DNA of 64,000 nt from Lama glama (taxonomy: Eukaryota): NCBI GenBank assembly GCA_028534125.1, contig CM052826.1:23932001-23996000 (forward strand). The letters are read 5' to 3'. Under the pieces are notes generated by a model that was not told the origin of the DNA, made no database searches, and saw nothing but the letters and a program-made list of their open reading frames with translations. How positions within the stretch are numbered: position 1 is the first letter of the stretch; every line of letters starts with the position of its first letter. Below, in pieces: positions 33,989 to 45,600 of the stretch. Made by a program: the position numbers and the translations under genes.

Positions 33989-35971
33989 AGCCCTGGTCCC
34001 GCTGCCCCGCTGGGCCTGGGCCTGGAGCACCAGCAACATGCCTGCTGTCCGGGGGCGGGGCTCGGACTGACCGCCAGCCCCGCCCCTTCCAGTGTACCCC
34101 CCACCCCGAGGGCCCCCAGGATGTCCCTGCCTCTCTAAAGAAAACACGGAGGGGGTCTGAGACTGGACCAGGTCATCAGGGCCTTGGAGGCTGCTCTCGG
34201 GAGGGGTAGCGGCCGTGTCTGTATATAGCCATGATCGAGAACTCTTCCCAGCCTTTCACCAGTGACCCCAGGTGGGCGGTGGCCAGAAGGCGTTCCCCTC
34301 CCCCCTTCGCCACCTCCCTCCTTTGGGGGAGGTGTGGGCCTTGGGGGGAGGTAGCCCAGGAAAGGCACCCCCTAACCAGTGTTCAGACTTGGTCCCCCCA
34401 GCCTCTCTCTCTGGGTTGGGATGAAGTGTGGAATGGGCCATAGGTGAACCAGGGGGTTCCTGTGGGCTTTCTCCTGTCCCGCCCGCCCCCTGGAACCCTT
34501 CACCCCCACAGAAAGCCATTGGAGACGTTCAGGGAAACGGGTGCGGCCTGGCCGCCCCCATTCGGGTACTCAATCTCAGGTGTCCATAGGTTCTGCCCCA
34601 CTGCCCTTGGGAGGGGCCACGCAGCTTCTCAGCCGCGCGGGGGAAGGGGGGTGAGAGTGGAAGGGGGGAGGCGGTAGGGTTTCCATAGAGGTCCTGGTTT
34701 TGCTTCTGAGACTTGGGGGAGGGAGGGGCAGAACAGGGGTTCTTCCAAAGAGCAATTTGATTCACTTGGGGGGATATTAGGAGATGGGAATGAATGCAGG
34801 TTTATTTATTTTCCTCTGTCTCTGCTGGTGGGGGGCTCTACTGCCCCACTCTGGGTGGGTGTGCGAGTGTATGAGTGAGAGACTGGGGGGAGCTGGCGCC
34901 ACAGCGGCCCCCCGTGCAGGGGCAGAGCCCCCGACTTCGGCCTTGTGCAGTACCACGTGACAATCATTCCCTCTGATTTGGGACTTGGGACCACGACAGC
35001 CATTGGGCGAGGTGCACCCCTTCCCCTCTTGCAGGTGGGGGTAAGGAGGCCGGGAACCCTGTCTCCATCGCGCCGGGGCCCTTCTCCCCCGCATGACCCC
35101 CTGTGCGGCAGGGCCCCTGGACCGGTGGTCGAGGTCCTGTCCACACGGGCGGGAAGCAGGAGGGCTGATCCCCGAACCCCCTGGGATAGCTCAGTTTTTT
35201 CGGACCGGATAGACTATTTTTTCAGGCGCCAATCCCTTCCTTGATTTGGGCCCCAGTGGGTGGTCTGTTGTCCTCAGGGGTTGTGGGTGTGGGGGAAGGG
35301 TCTCTGATCTGGACTTAGGATGGGGAAGGGTAAATGCTGTTTTGTACAGAGGGACTGAAGACCTCCTCACCCTGGAACAGGAAGGGACCCAGGCTCCCTG
35401 TCTGAGACCCTGGGAGGGCCTACTCCGTGCCCCACCCCTCCGGCCTCTGGCTGCAGGAGGTCTGTGGCATCCCCATTTGTTCTAGAACCTTGCACTCTCC
35501 CACCTGGGAGCTAGGGGGCTTGGATGGCACTGGCTCGGACCCGGACCGGCCCTGGCAGGATCCAGGGACGGCTTCCTGGGGTCCTGGGGAGGGAGGCAGA
35601 GAAGCTCTTTGGGAGCTGGGCTGGCCCATCTGTCCTTCAGTGGGCCGGTGGTAGATGCCTTAGTTTGGGGATAGGGATGGGGTGCAGGGGGCCAGCCGGG
35701 GCCTTTTTTCCCTTTGTGTCTGCCGTCTTGACTGTACCAGCCCTGGCCGGTGCCTGTCTGCAGGAGGTAGACTGCAGTCTGAGGGTCCAACTGAGAACTT
35801 GTCCCCTGGCTCCTCTCCAGTGTCCAGGGGCCTGGAGGGACTGGTGGTCACTGGGACCTAGTTCAGCCATTTAGCTGGGGCCTCTCAAGGAGGGGGGGGT
35901 GCATGGCCCCAAGGGACTTGTGCTTCAGGGTGACCCCCTGCCCTACCTGGCCTCATCCTTGTATTTAATTA

Positions 35972-35977
35972 ATTAAA
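35972..35977 (+). terminator. KLF16 polyadenylation signal ATTAAA (about 2-kb 3' UTR)
   Basis: Isolated AT-rich patch TGTATTTAATTAATTAAAC followed by the GT-rich element TGTGTGGTTTTT. Confidence 0.7.
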
Positions 35978-37189
35978 CAAGCCTTTTTTAAACCCGATTC
36001 CAGAGCCTGTGTGGTTTTTCCTCTCGGCGGATCCAAGCCGGTGAGCCCTCTGAACCCCTCTGTCCCCCTCGCCGATGTGGTCCTCAGCCTTCTCCTGGGG
36101 AAACAGGCAGGGGGCCAGTGAATCCGGGGACCTGTTGTAGGTTTTGGCAAGGCCCCACTGTCTGGGACACAAAATAACGCCTCCCAGCCCTAAAGCCCAG
36201 GGAGGGGGCAGCAGCAGCGCGCGCCACAGTCCGGCGTCACCCACGCCTCGCGCAGCTGCGCCCCCAGCCCGCCTTCCCGGTTACCCGGCAACCGAGGCGC
36301 GGTGACACGGCGCCCGGGGGCGTTTGCTGTCCGCCCCCTTCCGGCGGTGGGAGGGATCCCGCGCTCCACCGGCCACTCGCGGGTGCCACAGGGCTCTCCC
36401 CGGAGGGTCCCCGGACCCCTGGCCAGCTCACACCCCGCTATCCGAGCCCCGCAAGGCTCCGGTGGCCAGTCGTCCCGCTGTATACCAGCTCACAATAGGA
36501 AGGGGGCTAGGAGGGGAAGGGGCCTCGGGAGCATTGAGAAGCTAGTGAGGACCCTGAACCCCTTCTTAGGAAAAGTGCATCCCAGATTCTAGCCGTCTCT
36601 AGAGCCCGGAAGGCCGCTGGGGCTGCGGTGGGGGGGGACCGCAGACCCTCCCCACGGGTTTCCCTGCTTCTCGTGCCCGGGAACGCACCGGTCCCGCCAC
36701 CTGGTGGTCGATGCTGGTATTGCACCACCGGCTCCGGCCAACCCCTCCCCAGGGTCCTGCCTGCCCTTGGGGCCAACAAGGTCGCCCTAACCTCGGCACG
36801 GGGCCCTCGCCTTAACTCGAGAATGACTCCCATCTGGCACCCTCCTCTTGCTCCTGTTTCACCCATGTTCCCATTCTACTGGATTCTGGCCCGAAAGTCT
36901 GGAGATACCGCTCCCTAAACCCCGTCCCCCTCCAGCTCTGGCAGGCTTCTGTGCCCCTTTGTGGCAGAGTTCCTGGAATTCTGGGTCGACGTGTGCAGCC
37001 CCTCCCTTCAGTCCCTCTTGCACGCACTTGCATGTGCCCCGGAAATAGCTCCAAGATTTCCCCTCGGCTTCGTGGGCCTCCATTGACAGGCAGCCTCCAG
37101 GACCTCTGCCACTCCCTACTAGGCTCAGGTCCCCTTGTGTGCTGAGGACACCCCTGGTCCCTGCCAGCTGGCCTCGTCCTCAGCTCCAG

Positions 37190-37832
37190 ACCTAAGGTGT
37201 TCTTACCCCCATCCCCAGTCTGCCCTGGCCAGCTTCCCATCAGTCACTGGCAGCTCCATCTTTCCACGTGTGCAGGCCAAAATCTTTGGGGGGGTTCACC
37301 CTTGACTCCCCTTTTTGTCTCACTACCCACATCCAGTCCATCTGAAAATCTCCCTTAAGTTCTGCCTTCAAAACATATCCAGAATCCACCCCCTTCTCCC
37401 TCCTCTACCGCCACCTGGTCCAACCTCATCATGGCCCACCTGGAACACACAGGCTTCTTCGCTGTTCCCCCCACACGCCTGGTGCGGTCCTGCCCCGCGG
37501 CCTTTGCACATATTTTGCCCTCTGCCTGGAGTGCCCCTCCCCCAGATCCCTGTATGCTTTCCTCATTCCTTTCTTCAAAACAGCTCAAATCCCACCTGCC
37601 CGCAGGACTACGTAGACCACCCCTTTTCCCAGCCCCCTACCCTGTTCTACTTCCCCCCACAATATTTTTCGCCTTGTATCGAGATACCTCATTTGATCAT
37701 TTCCTGTTGTTTGTCTCCATCTAGAACACTGCCCCCCTCCCCGGGTGGGGTTCGTTACTTTGTTCACTGATGTTTCTATTGCTGTGTCTGGCACATACAT
37801 AGTAGGTCCTTGGTAAATGTTGAAAAAATGAC
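37190..37832 (+). mobile_element. L2 3' region
   Basis: GGCCAAAATCTT..CCTTGACTCC..CACATCCAGTCCA..TCAAAACATATCCAGAATCC..GCCTTTGCACAT..CTGGCACATA..TAAATGTTGAA. Confidence 0.75.
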
Positions 37833-38639
37833 CAAGGTCTGCAAGCATAGATGGACCACCTACTAAATGCAAGTTCAGGGGTGACCTCACTTCACTTCAC
37901 TACCATCGTCAGGGCCATCCATGGTCAGGCGTCCACCCTCCTGTTGGCAGTGGAGGAGAGGCATCAGGACGCCCTGGGGAAAGTAAGGTTTCAAGCCCAA
38001 ATGTCCACGGGGCCAAGGGGCTGAGGTCTTACCTCCAAGAGAGGTGGGCTGGGAGAGGGGACAGGTGACCTGCACAGACCACTTCCTGTTCACAGGGAGA
38101 TCTTTGGCAATTGCCAGCTGGTGGACAGGCTGGGAATTGTAATTTTATGTGGCATATCCCCAAATTAAAAAAATGGGCGTCAAACAAATTTACATCATTT
38201 TAAAAACTAGTACTGAAACAAAAGTGGTTGGTACTCAGATACACGTACGCATATGTTCACAACCGCACAATTCACAATAGACAGAAGACGGGAACCACCT
38301 GAATGTCCGTCAGCTAATGAATGGATAAAATACGGTTTAGGGCAGGAACTTGGTATACAGTAGGTGCTCAATATTTGGTGGACAAATGAGTAAATCGAAA
38401 CAGGACTCAGCTGGTGGACCCGGGGATTAGACTGCTGGCAAGAGTCCAGGTTGGGGAAATTGACCACTTACTGAAAGTCAAGCAGGCGGAGTCGAGTTTC
38501 AAACCTGAACCGGGTAACAGGTGCGAGTTCCCGAGTACAGGTGAGAAGAGCCCGCAGAACTCGCATCGACAGGCAGAGGGCGCTTTGGGAAAATATGCTA
38601 ATAAACAAAAATTAAATGCAAATTAGCCATAATCGGGAC

Positions 38640-39620
38640 TTTGAGGGGCTTTTGTTTTGATCAGGCGCGCCTTGGACAGCCCGGGCGAAGCCGGGGCCTG
38701 GGGCTTAAGCTGGCGTTGCTGCCGCCACCAAGGGCCGGGCGGCGGCGTCGCCGAGGCTTCTGCAGGCCTCAGGCAGGGCAGCCCACTCCCACCATCCCTC
38801 CCGCCGCGGCCGCCTGTCCCGGACCATGGTTCCGCGACCCGCCTCGGTCCCGCCGGAGCAGGCGTTTCTGATCAGGCGCACTTGGGGCAGCCGCTCCCGG
38901 GGTCCCTTGCGGCGGCGTCATGGGGGCCTCTGGGGACCTCGGAGCAAGATGGCGGCGGCGGCGGGGTCCGTGAGGCGCGGGCGGCGGCGACCGCGGCGCC
39001 TTTGAGGGGCCCGGGGGCCCGGGCGGCTCCCGGCCGGGGCCCCGCCGCGGGACGGACCATGCTACGCTCCACCGGCTTTTTCCGGGCCATAGACTGCCCC
39101 TATTGGGCTGGGGCGCCCGGGGGGCCCTGCCGGCGGCCCTACTGTCACTTCCGGCACCGCGGGGCCCGGGGCCCCGGCGCTCCCGGCGGAGGCGGAGCGG
39201 CGCCCCCCGCAGCAGGTAATGCCCGCCCCCAGGCTCGGCTCTCCGGCCTGGGCGTGGACTCACCGCCCGGGCTTCCTTAGCCCCCCGTGCCCCGCCCGGC
39301 CCTCTCCTCACACGCTCGCGAGCGAACGTCCCCCAAGCCGGGACCACCCACCCCGGGGCCCAGTGCAAGGCTCAGGACATATGTGAACCTCCGTTTCCAC
39401 GAATGTAAAAACGTAAACAATGAGAGGACCTGCCTCCTAGCGGTGTCGCGACGGTGGAGCTCGGTAACACGGGCCGAGCGCGGCCGACCCCGGTTGGCAG
39501 GCCCAGCGCTTCTGCCTGGGAACCGTTCCCGCCGCTTCCCCGGCCCCGAGTGCTGGTGGTAGCCCTTGCTTATTTCCACGCTGCTTCCCCCGCCGCGCCT
39601 CTGGTACTGGTCACCCGTTT
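38640..39620 (+). promoter_or_regulatory. REXO1: REXO1 CpG-island promoter and exon 1
   Basis: CpG-dense; YY1/TISU motif CAAGATGGCGGC 38945-38956. Confidence 0.85.
39059..39215 (+). CDS. REXO1: REXO1 exon 1
   Basis: ACCATG; [16 protein letters not shown]..; donor CAG/GTAATG. Confidence 0.93.
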
Positions 39621-42600
39621 ACAATAGTGGTATCAGTAGTGTCTGACTTAGGAGCACTACTGTATGTTGAGTCCCGTGCCAGACACGACCCGTCGCGGAG
39701 TAAGTCAGGCCCACTTGGCGGGGCGGGGCTTGGGGGGCTTCCAAGGAATGCCCTGCTTTTGGTTGGGCAGAGACCGTTCATGGACCACACATCGCATCAT
39801 CGGGGTGATGATCCGTGTCGTGGTAGTTTGGTGAGAGCCGTCCCGGATCAGGCAGTGCTGCTTGTAGGAAGTGTGGGACTTGAGACATTAAGAACGGGGG
39901 AAAAGAGGGACATCGCAAGGAACGGTTTGGAGGGAGGATTCAGTGTGGTGGTATTCCTGCTGAGTGGAACTCGGACTCCTGCTGTGGCCTCTGTCCTTCT
40001 GGACTGGTTCGCCTTCCCATCAGGCCTGAGTTCGCTATCCTATCCTTGTTTCTCCCTAAAACAATGATTTTCGTCTTAGAGCCTTCCTGCTTCAAAGGAG
40101 GAACACACTCACTAGGATTAAGTAATAGGCCTGTTGGCCCATTTTGCCAGGAAAAAAAAAAGACAGTTTTCTCAAACTTCCACCATAAATTTGCTCAGAC
40201 CACTGGCACCTGCAGCCAACTGTTTGCAGCTGGCCAGATGCGCACATTCATTGTCTGGCTCCACACCTTTGCCAGGCCAGGGGCTCACAGCTGCGTGAGG
40301 CGCGGGCCTGGCCTTCAGGAGCCTCTGTGTGTGAAGGGAATACACACGTGCCCACAGGTGTCTTAGCTTCAGGTGGTGCCTCACCCCAGCTCTGGTGGGG
40401 AAGGGAGTGAGCGTGGGAGGCCTTGCAGCAGTTGCAGTGCAGTTTTTCAACTGTTCTGTTTACTTCTGGGCGTGGAGAGTGGTGTTCTGCCGACTTCTGG
40501 GCTCCTCACCATCAGGACAGAGAGGGTGGGACTACCTTCCACCACTGATGTTGGACTTGTTTCCAGGCCCACGTGTCGCCTTTGAGCCTTCTGAACTCTA
40601 GAGGTTTGATTTCTCTCCTCACGTGTTCCTCCCACGCCAAGTCAGTTTCTTGGTTCTTTTCTACATCACAGATGGCCAATTAGTTTCCTAAAGGATCCTT
40701 TTTGAGAGCCCATTTGGTGATGTAGCCCTGTCTGCTTCACTTTCCCGCAGGAAAATCGCAGCTGCCTACCCCTGACCCCACTACGTCTGCGTTTTCCTTT
40801 CGCAGGTGAGAACAAGCGGTCCTCTTCCCATCTCTGGCGGGGGTGGGGGGGGGCTCTGCTTTCTTCTGGTAGAACGCTTCCTGCCCTGTGGAAAGGCTGG
40901 GTCAGACCCCAGCTCAGCCTCTTTCTTGCTGTGGGGCCTCTCCGTCGCTCTGTTTCCTCCTCTGGCATGCTCATGGGCCGCCCTCTGAGTAGGCTAGGGG
41001 AGAGCGTGTACCTAGGCCTCCCCCTCCCTTTCAGCTACCTCCTGCTGCAGATTTTGACAAAGCCGTTTTGCATCAGGCTTAATGGGACTGCAACAGTCCA
41101 GCCTTTGGCTGAGTCCACTTGTGACCAGATGTGCTCAGCCTGGGCAGAGGTGTTCTGGCAAGGGTTGGCCAGGCAGGGATGCTAAGGTGCTGGGTGATTT
41201 GCTGCCTGCAGGTGGGACATGGGGATCCTGTATGGCCCAGCTCCTTTGGCCTTGGGTCTCTGGCCTCCAGAGCCTTCCAGCAGGGTCTGGGGCCCGTGTC
41301 ATGGCTGGGCAGGGATGCCCCTCCTTCTGGCCCTCAGATCCACCTTCCTGTGCTCCAGGATTGCCACCTCCGTACTGGGCTGTGGGAGGGCCCAGTTACT
41401 GCAGCACACCCTAAGGCATGGTGTTTTTCCGAGCCTTAAACAGTGGTAGGGATGATTGTCCCGTTTTACAGATGAGGAGACTGGGGCCCAGAGAGGGGAA
41501 GCCACGCACCTGTGTCCACATGGCCGGTAAGTGGGGGAGATGGGGTTGAGTCTGGGCTGTCAGGCCTTTGCCCCCTTACCACCTTCCTGCTTCTAGGCAC
41601 TTGTGGGACCCACGAGTCATGTGTTGGACTCAGAGTCCTGCCCTGAGGCTGGGAAAGGTGGTGTTGCCTGACTTGAGCACTGAGACGTACCAGAAGGCAG
41701 CAGTGGCCCCAGCTGCATGGCAGTGGTGGCTCCCTGGTCAGCCCTCCCCCTGAGGTCTCTGATTAGGCCCTCAGCAGCCTTTTCGGTCTGGAATCCTGAA
41801 AACAGGCCTGCTTCTCCAGGGGAGCGCTTAGCCAGGGAAGGGGGTGGAGCCAGAGAGACCAGCACTTCCCAGCAGAGGGTGGGCTTCAATTTATTTTCTC
41901 TGAGCTGACTTGGAACAGGGGGAATGCGGCGGCGGTAAGAGGCCCCTGAGGGGTCCGCTGGCTCTGCTGCCCTTAGCTGTCTTCCCTGTGGGCTGCACGC
42001 CCGCGGGTTTCACGTGGGGTGACTTCCCACTGCCCTGTTGAGTGTGCTTGCAGAGACCAGACTAAGTTTGCTTTCCTGGGTCTGACGTGTGCTCTCCGGG
42101 GTGAGCTGCTGTGTCCCTTTCCCTCCGCCTCGGGCAGAGCTGGCACGGGGAGAAAACCCCAGCGGAGAGCAGTACTGCCTTTGGTGTCTGGAGGCCTGGC
42201 CCGGGTGCTCGAGGGCCCTGGAGTGCTTTTGCTTGCTGGCTGTCAGCATGGTCTTCCGTCAGGCCAGCCGGGGTCTCTCACTTAGGCTGGGTTGGGAGCT
42301 CTAGGGCTGGTAGGAGGAACAGCAGAAGCCTTGGGCACAGGTCACTCTCAGCGGGGGTGTCCTGGGTGCTGGAGGGGTGTGGAGCAGCATCCCGGGCCCC
42401 AGCCCCAGTGGATGCCAGGAGCCCCCCAGGCGTGACAACCACAGACGTCCCCAGACATTGCGAAGTGTCCCTGGGGGCAGGGTCACCCTGATAAGAACCC
42501 CGGTTGTAGGCTGCTTCTTGCTGAGGCCACTTTCTCTTTAAGTGTCAGCTCCCTGCCCCCGGGGAGCTGTGTGCCCAGGTGCAATGCCAGCCCCAGGGGG

Positions 42601-45600
42601 TGGGGCCACCGAGCTTGGGACTGAAGCTTGCAGCCTCCTGGAGGACCCTTCACTGCCATTGGGTGGGGGGCAGTTCTGTTGTTCTTGACTTTTCTGTAAA
42701 GATGGGATGGTGGGGAGTTACTGTAGACTTTCAGGACAGTGCTCTCTGTGAACATTATCAGCGCTAAATTTATCTCTTACACCAGGATGAGAAGAACCCA
42801 GGTTCTGGTGGTGGTGCAGTCCGGCCCAGACCCCTTGTCTTCAGGGGCAGCATCCCAGGTGGCGGCAGCCTGGACAGGTTGTCTCCGTTCAGAGCCCTTT
42901 TTTTCTGGACTTGGAGTAATGGTCATTTTAAAAACACTGGTGAATACCAGGAAGTCAGAAGGAAAATGTGTACGTTGCCCCAAGTCCCACGTGCATCTGC
43001 CAGCTTGCTGTGCTCCCTCCCCGCCTTGGAGACCAAGGGCCTCGTGTCTTTTTACCATGGCTGTGCTCCTGCCGCACTGATTAAGTTGGGTGTTTTTGCT
43101 GAGACTCCACAAACCCCAGCGAGGTGCGAGCCCTCCCCAGGCCTGTGGTTCCTACACCTCGTGGCCCCTCTTTGAGCACCTGGGGAGCTTTAAATCCCTG
43201 CCCTCTTGCCCACATCCAGGCTTGGGCCGTCCGACTAAGTGTGTACCTGCACCTAAAGCTGATTTTGGTACTTTAGGATTCTCTGCTTAGTGTCAGTCAG
43301 TAAAAAAGTGTCTCCCACCTTGGGAGCACAGAGTGCTACCTGGGCCATCTGTGGCTCTCACGACTTGGGGGTGCGCCTGGCAGTGAGAGCGTGGGGGCCA
43401 GGAGTGCTGCTCAGTGCCCTCCAGTGCCCAGGATGACCCCTTCCCCTGCACACAGTTCATCCAGCCCCAAGTGCCAGTGGTGCCAAGCAAGACTGGGGAG
43501 CCTGATCAGTGTCCCAGCACCTGGCCTGCATCTGTATTTGGGAGCTGGGGGGAGAGCTGGCCAAGGCCTGTAGGGACGGGAAAAACCCTGAAAATCCCCT
43601 CTGGGTATGGAGAGGCAGAGCAGCCCAAGTGCCCAGGTCGGGGTTGGTGGGGACAGCCAGGCCAGCTGGGTGAGCTCAGGGGACCGTGCGGGGGCTGAAC
43701 TGTAGCCCCACCACCACTGTCCTCAGCATCCTTCAGAGAGTACGTGTAAGCGCCACGGCAGCTTTCAGCCCCTGCAGGTGGAGTGGAGCCCAAGGGAATG
43801 CGTTTGGGCTTCACTTTCCATTGTGCGAGGAGCCTGGCCTTGGGAGGCCTGGCCTCCTGCTGGTCAGTATAATTGCCTGGGCCTCAGTTGTCTCTTCTGT
43901 GAAATGGGGTCATAATGTAGACTCTCAACAAAGAGTACTTCTCTCCTGTCTCTCTTAGCTGTGCTGCAGAACATTTCTGCTTTGCCATCCTCCTCCACCC
44001 CCAGTCTGTCCTCAGATTCCCCTTTACAAAATGATTCCTAGCGACAGGCAGATGATTTTTAAGCCTGGCGGTGGGTGCACAGGAACTCGGTTTGTTGTTC
44101 TTTCAGGTGTCTGTGTGCGGCAGGTATTCTTCCATTGGTCGGGGTCTGATTCACAACAAAAAGCGGACGCCGAGAAGGAAATGCCAAGTGCGGAGGGAGG
44201 TTCTCGGGTCATGGAAGCTGGGAAGTGGTCAGGCAGACTCCAGTCGGAGTGTCACAGAGGTATCTCCCGGCCACCTGTCCGCCTTCACGGTGGCGGGCCC
44301 TCATGAGTTCCTGTGGCAGTCAGCCTGCGCCTCTTGAGGAAGCAGGCCCGTGTGCTGGCAGTTTTAAAGCAGTCGGCCCCGTGGTGCCCCGAGTGCTGAG
44401 GTTTTCTGTGAAGGGCTATGTGGGTGGCAGGCAGGGGGCCTGCTCTCAGGCTTGCTGCTTTAGTTTGCTGCAGAACAGGACTGGTGGCTGATGGGGTCAC
44501 AGCACCTGGGTACTTGGGGGCAGGGGTCGGGGACTTGGCCGTCTCACAAGCTGTGGCCTTGGCGGGGATGAGCACTCACATGTGGAAATACCCGCGCCTC
44601 AGTGTTGACTGTAAACTCAAGAGCCAGCCCTGGGGCCCTCCGAGGGCTCTTCCCAGTCTGTCTGAATCCTGTGCTTACCTGCGGTCCGGGCTCTGGAACT
44701 CTGGAAGTGAAGGAGAGGTGTCCAACAGCACAGACATGGCCCGGAATCCAGGAGAGAGAGTGGTTGGCACCTGGGGTTGCAGGGGAGTCAGGCAAGTGTC
44801 CCCAGGCAAGCAGTTACTGAGCTGGGCTTTAAAGGATGAGTAGAAGTTTGCCTGGTGGCTGGAAGCGTGACGGGGAGAGGGGAGCAGCAGTCCAGAATTC
44901 CGGGCAAGGAGATGAGCGCAGAGAAAGGCCCGGGACGGCCTCATGCTCTGCAGTTGTGAGGGGGAAGGAGAGGCTGACCCGCAGCATTGCTGCCACCCAC
45001 AGTGGGCCTGGAAGGGCTCCCTTTTTTCACCCCGACTTGTGACTTGTCCTTCTCCAGCACAGTCCCCGAGAGTGCCACCACAAAGACGGGAAGATGGGGG
45101 ACTCAGGGCCAGTTACCTTTCCTGTGTGGCTGCTGGGAGCTGTCTGTCCAGCAGGGACTGTCCCTTCCGATCACCACCGAAGCCTGTGTCTGCAGGAGTG
45201 CCCGTGCTCAAGGCATTGAGGGGCCCGTGGTTCGAGGTCCGCCTTTCATTCATTCCACGAATCTTTGCAGACATTGGTGCTGGTCAGCTTGGTTGAGGCT
45301 GCGGTGCAGAGAGGCCTCGGGGGGGTCAACGTGTTGAGCTGACAGGTGTTGGGGGACAGGAGGAAGCAGCTGGAAGGTGACAGGGGAGGTGTGTCCAAGG
45401 GGCAGCGGGACCGGATTCACTTGGCGTATCCTGGTGTTGCTTGACCCTGTGTGTCCCGAGGCTAGATCTGTCCCTGCCCTGTGATGGTCATACCTCACAG
45501 TTGCTTGTCCAGAGAAACCTCCAGAGGCTCTCAGAGGCCAAGAGTGTGGGCACTGTTTCAGGGGAGAGGAGCGGAAGCCTGGGGCCCAACCAGCTGCCCC

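Noticed and set aside
44107-44123. Possible 17-nt microexon in REXO1 intron 1
   Set aside because: The acceptor is reasonable but the donor GTATTC is weak; no other support
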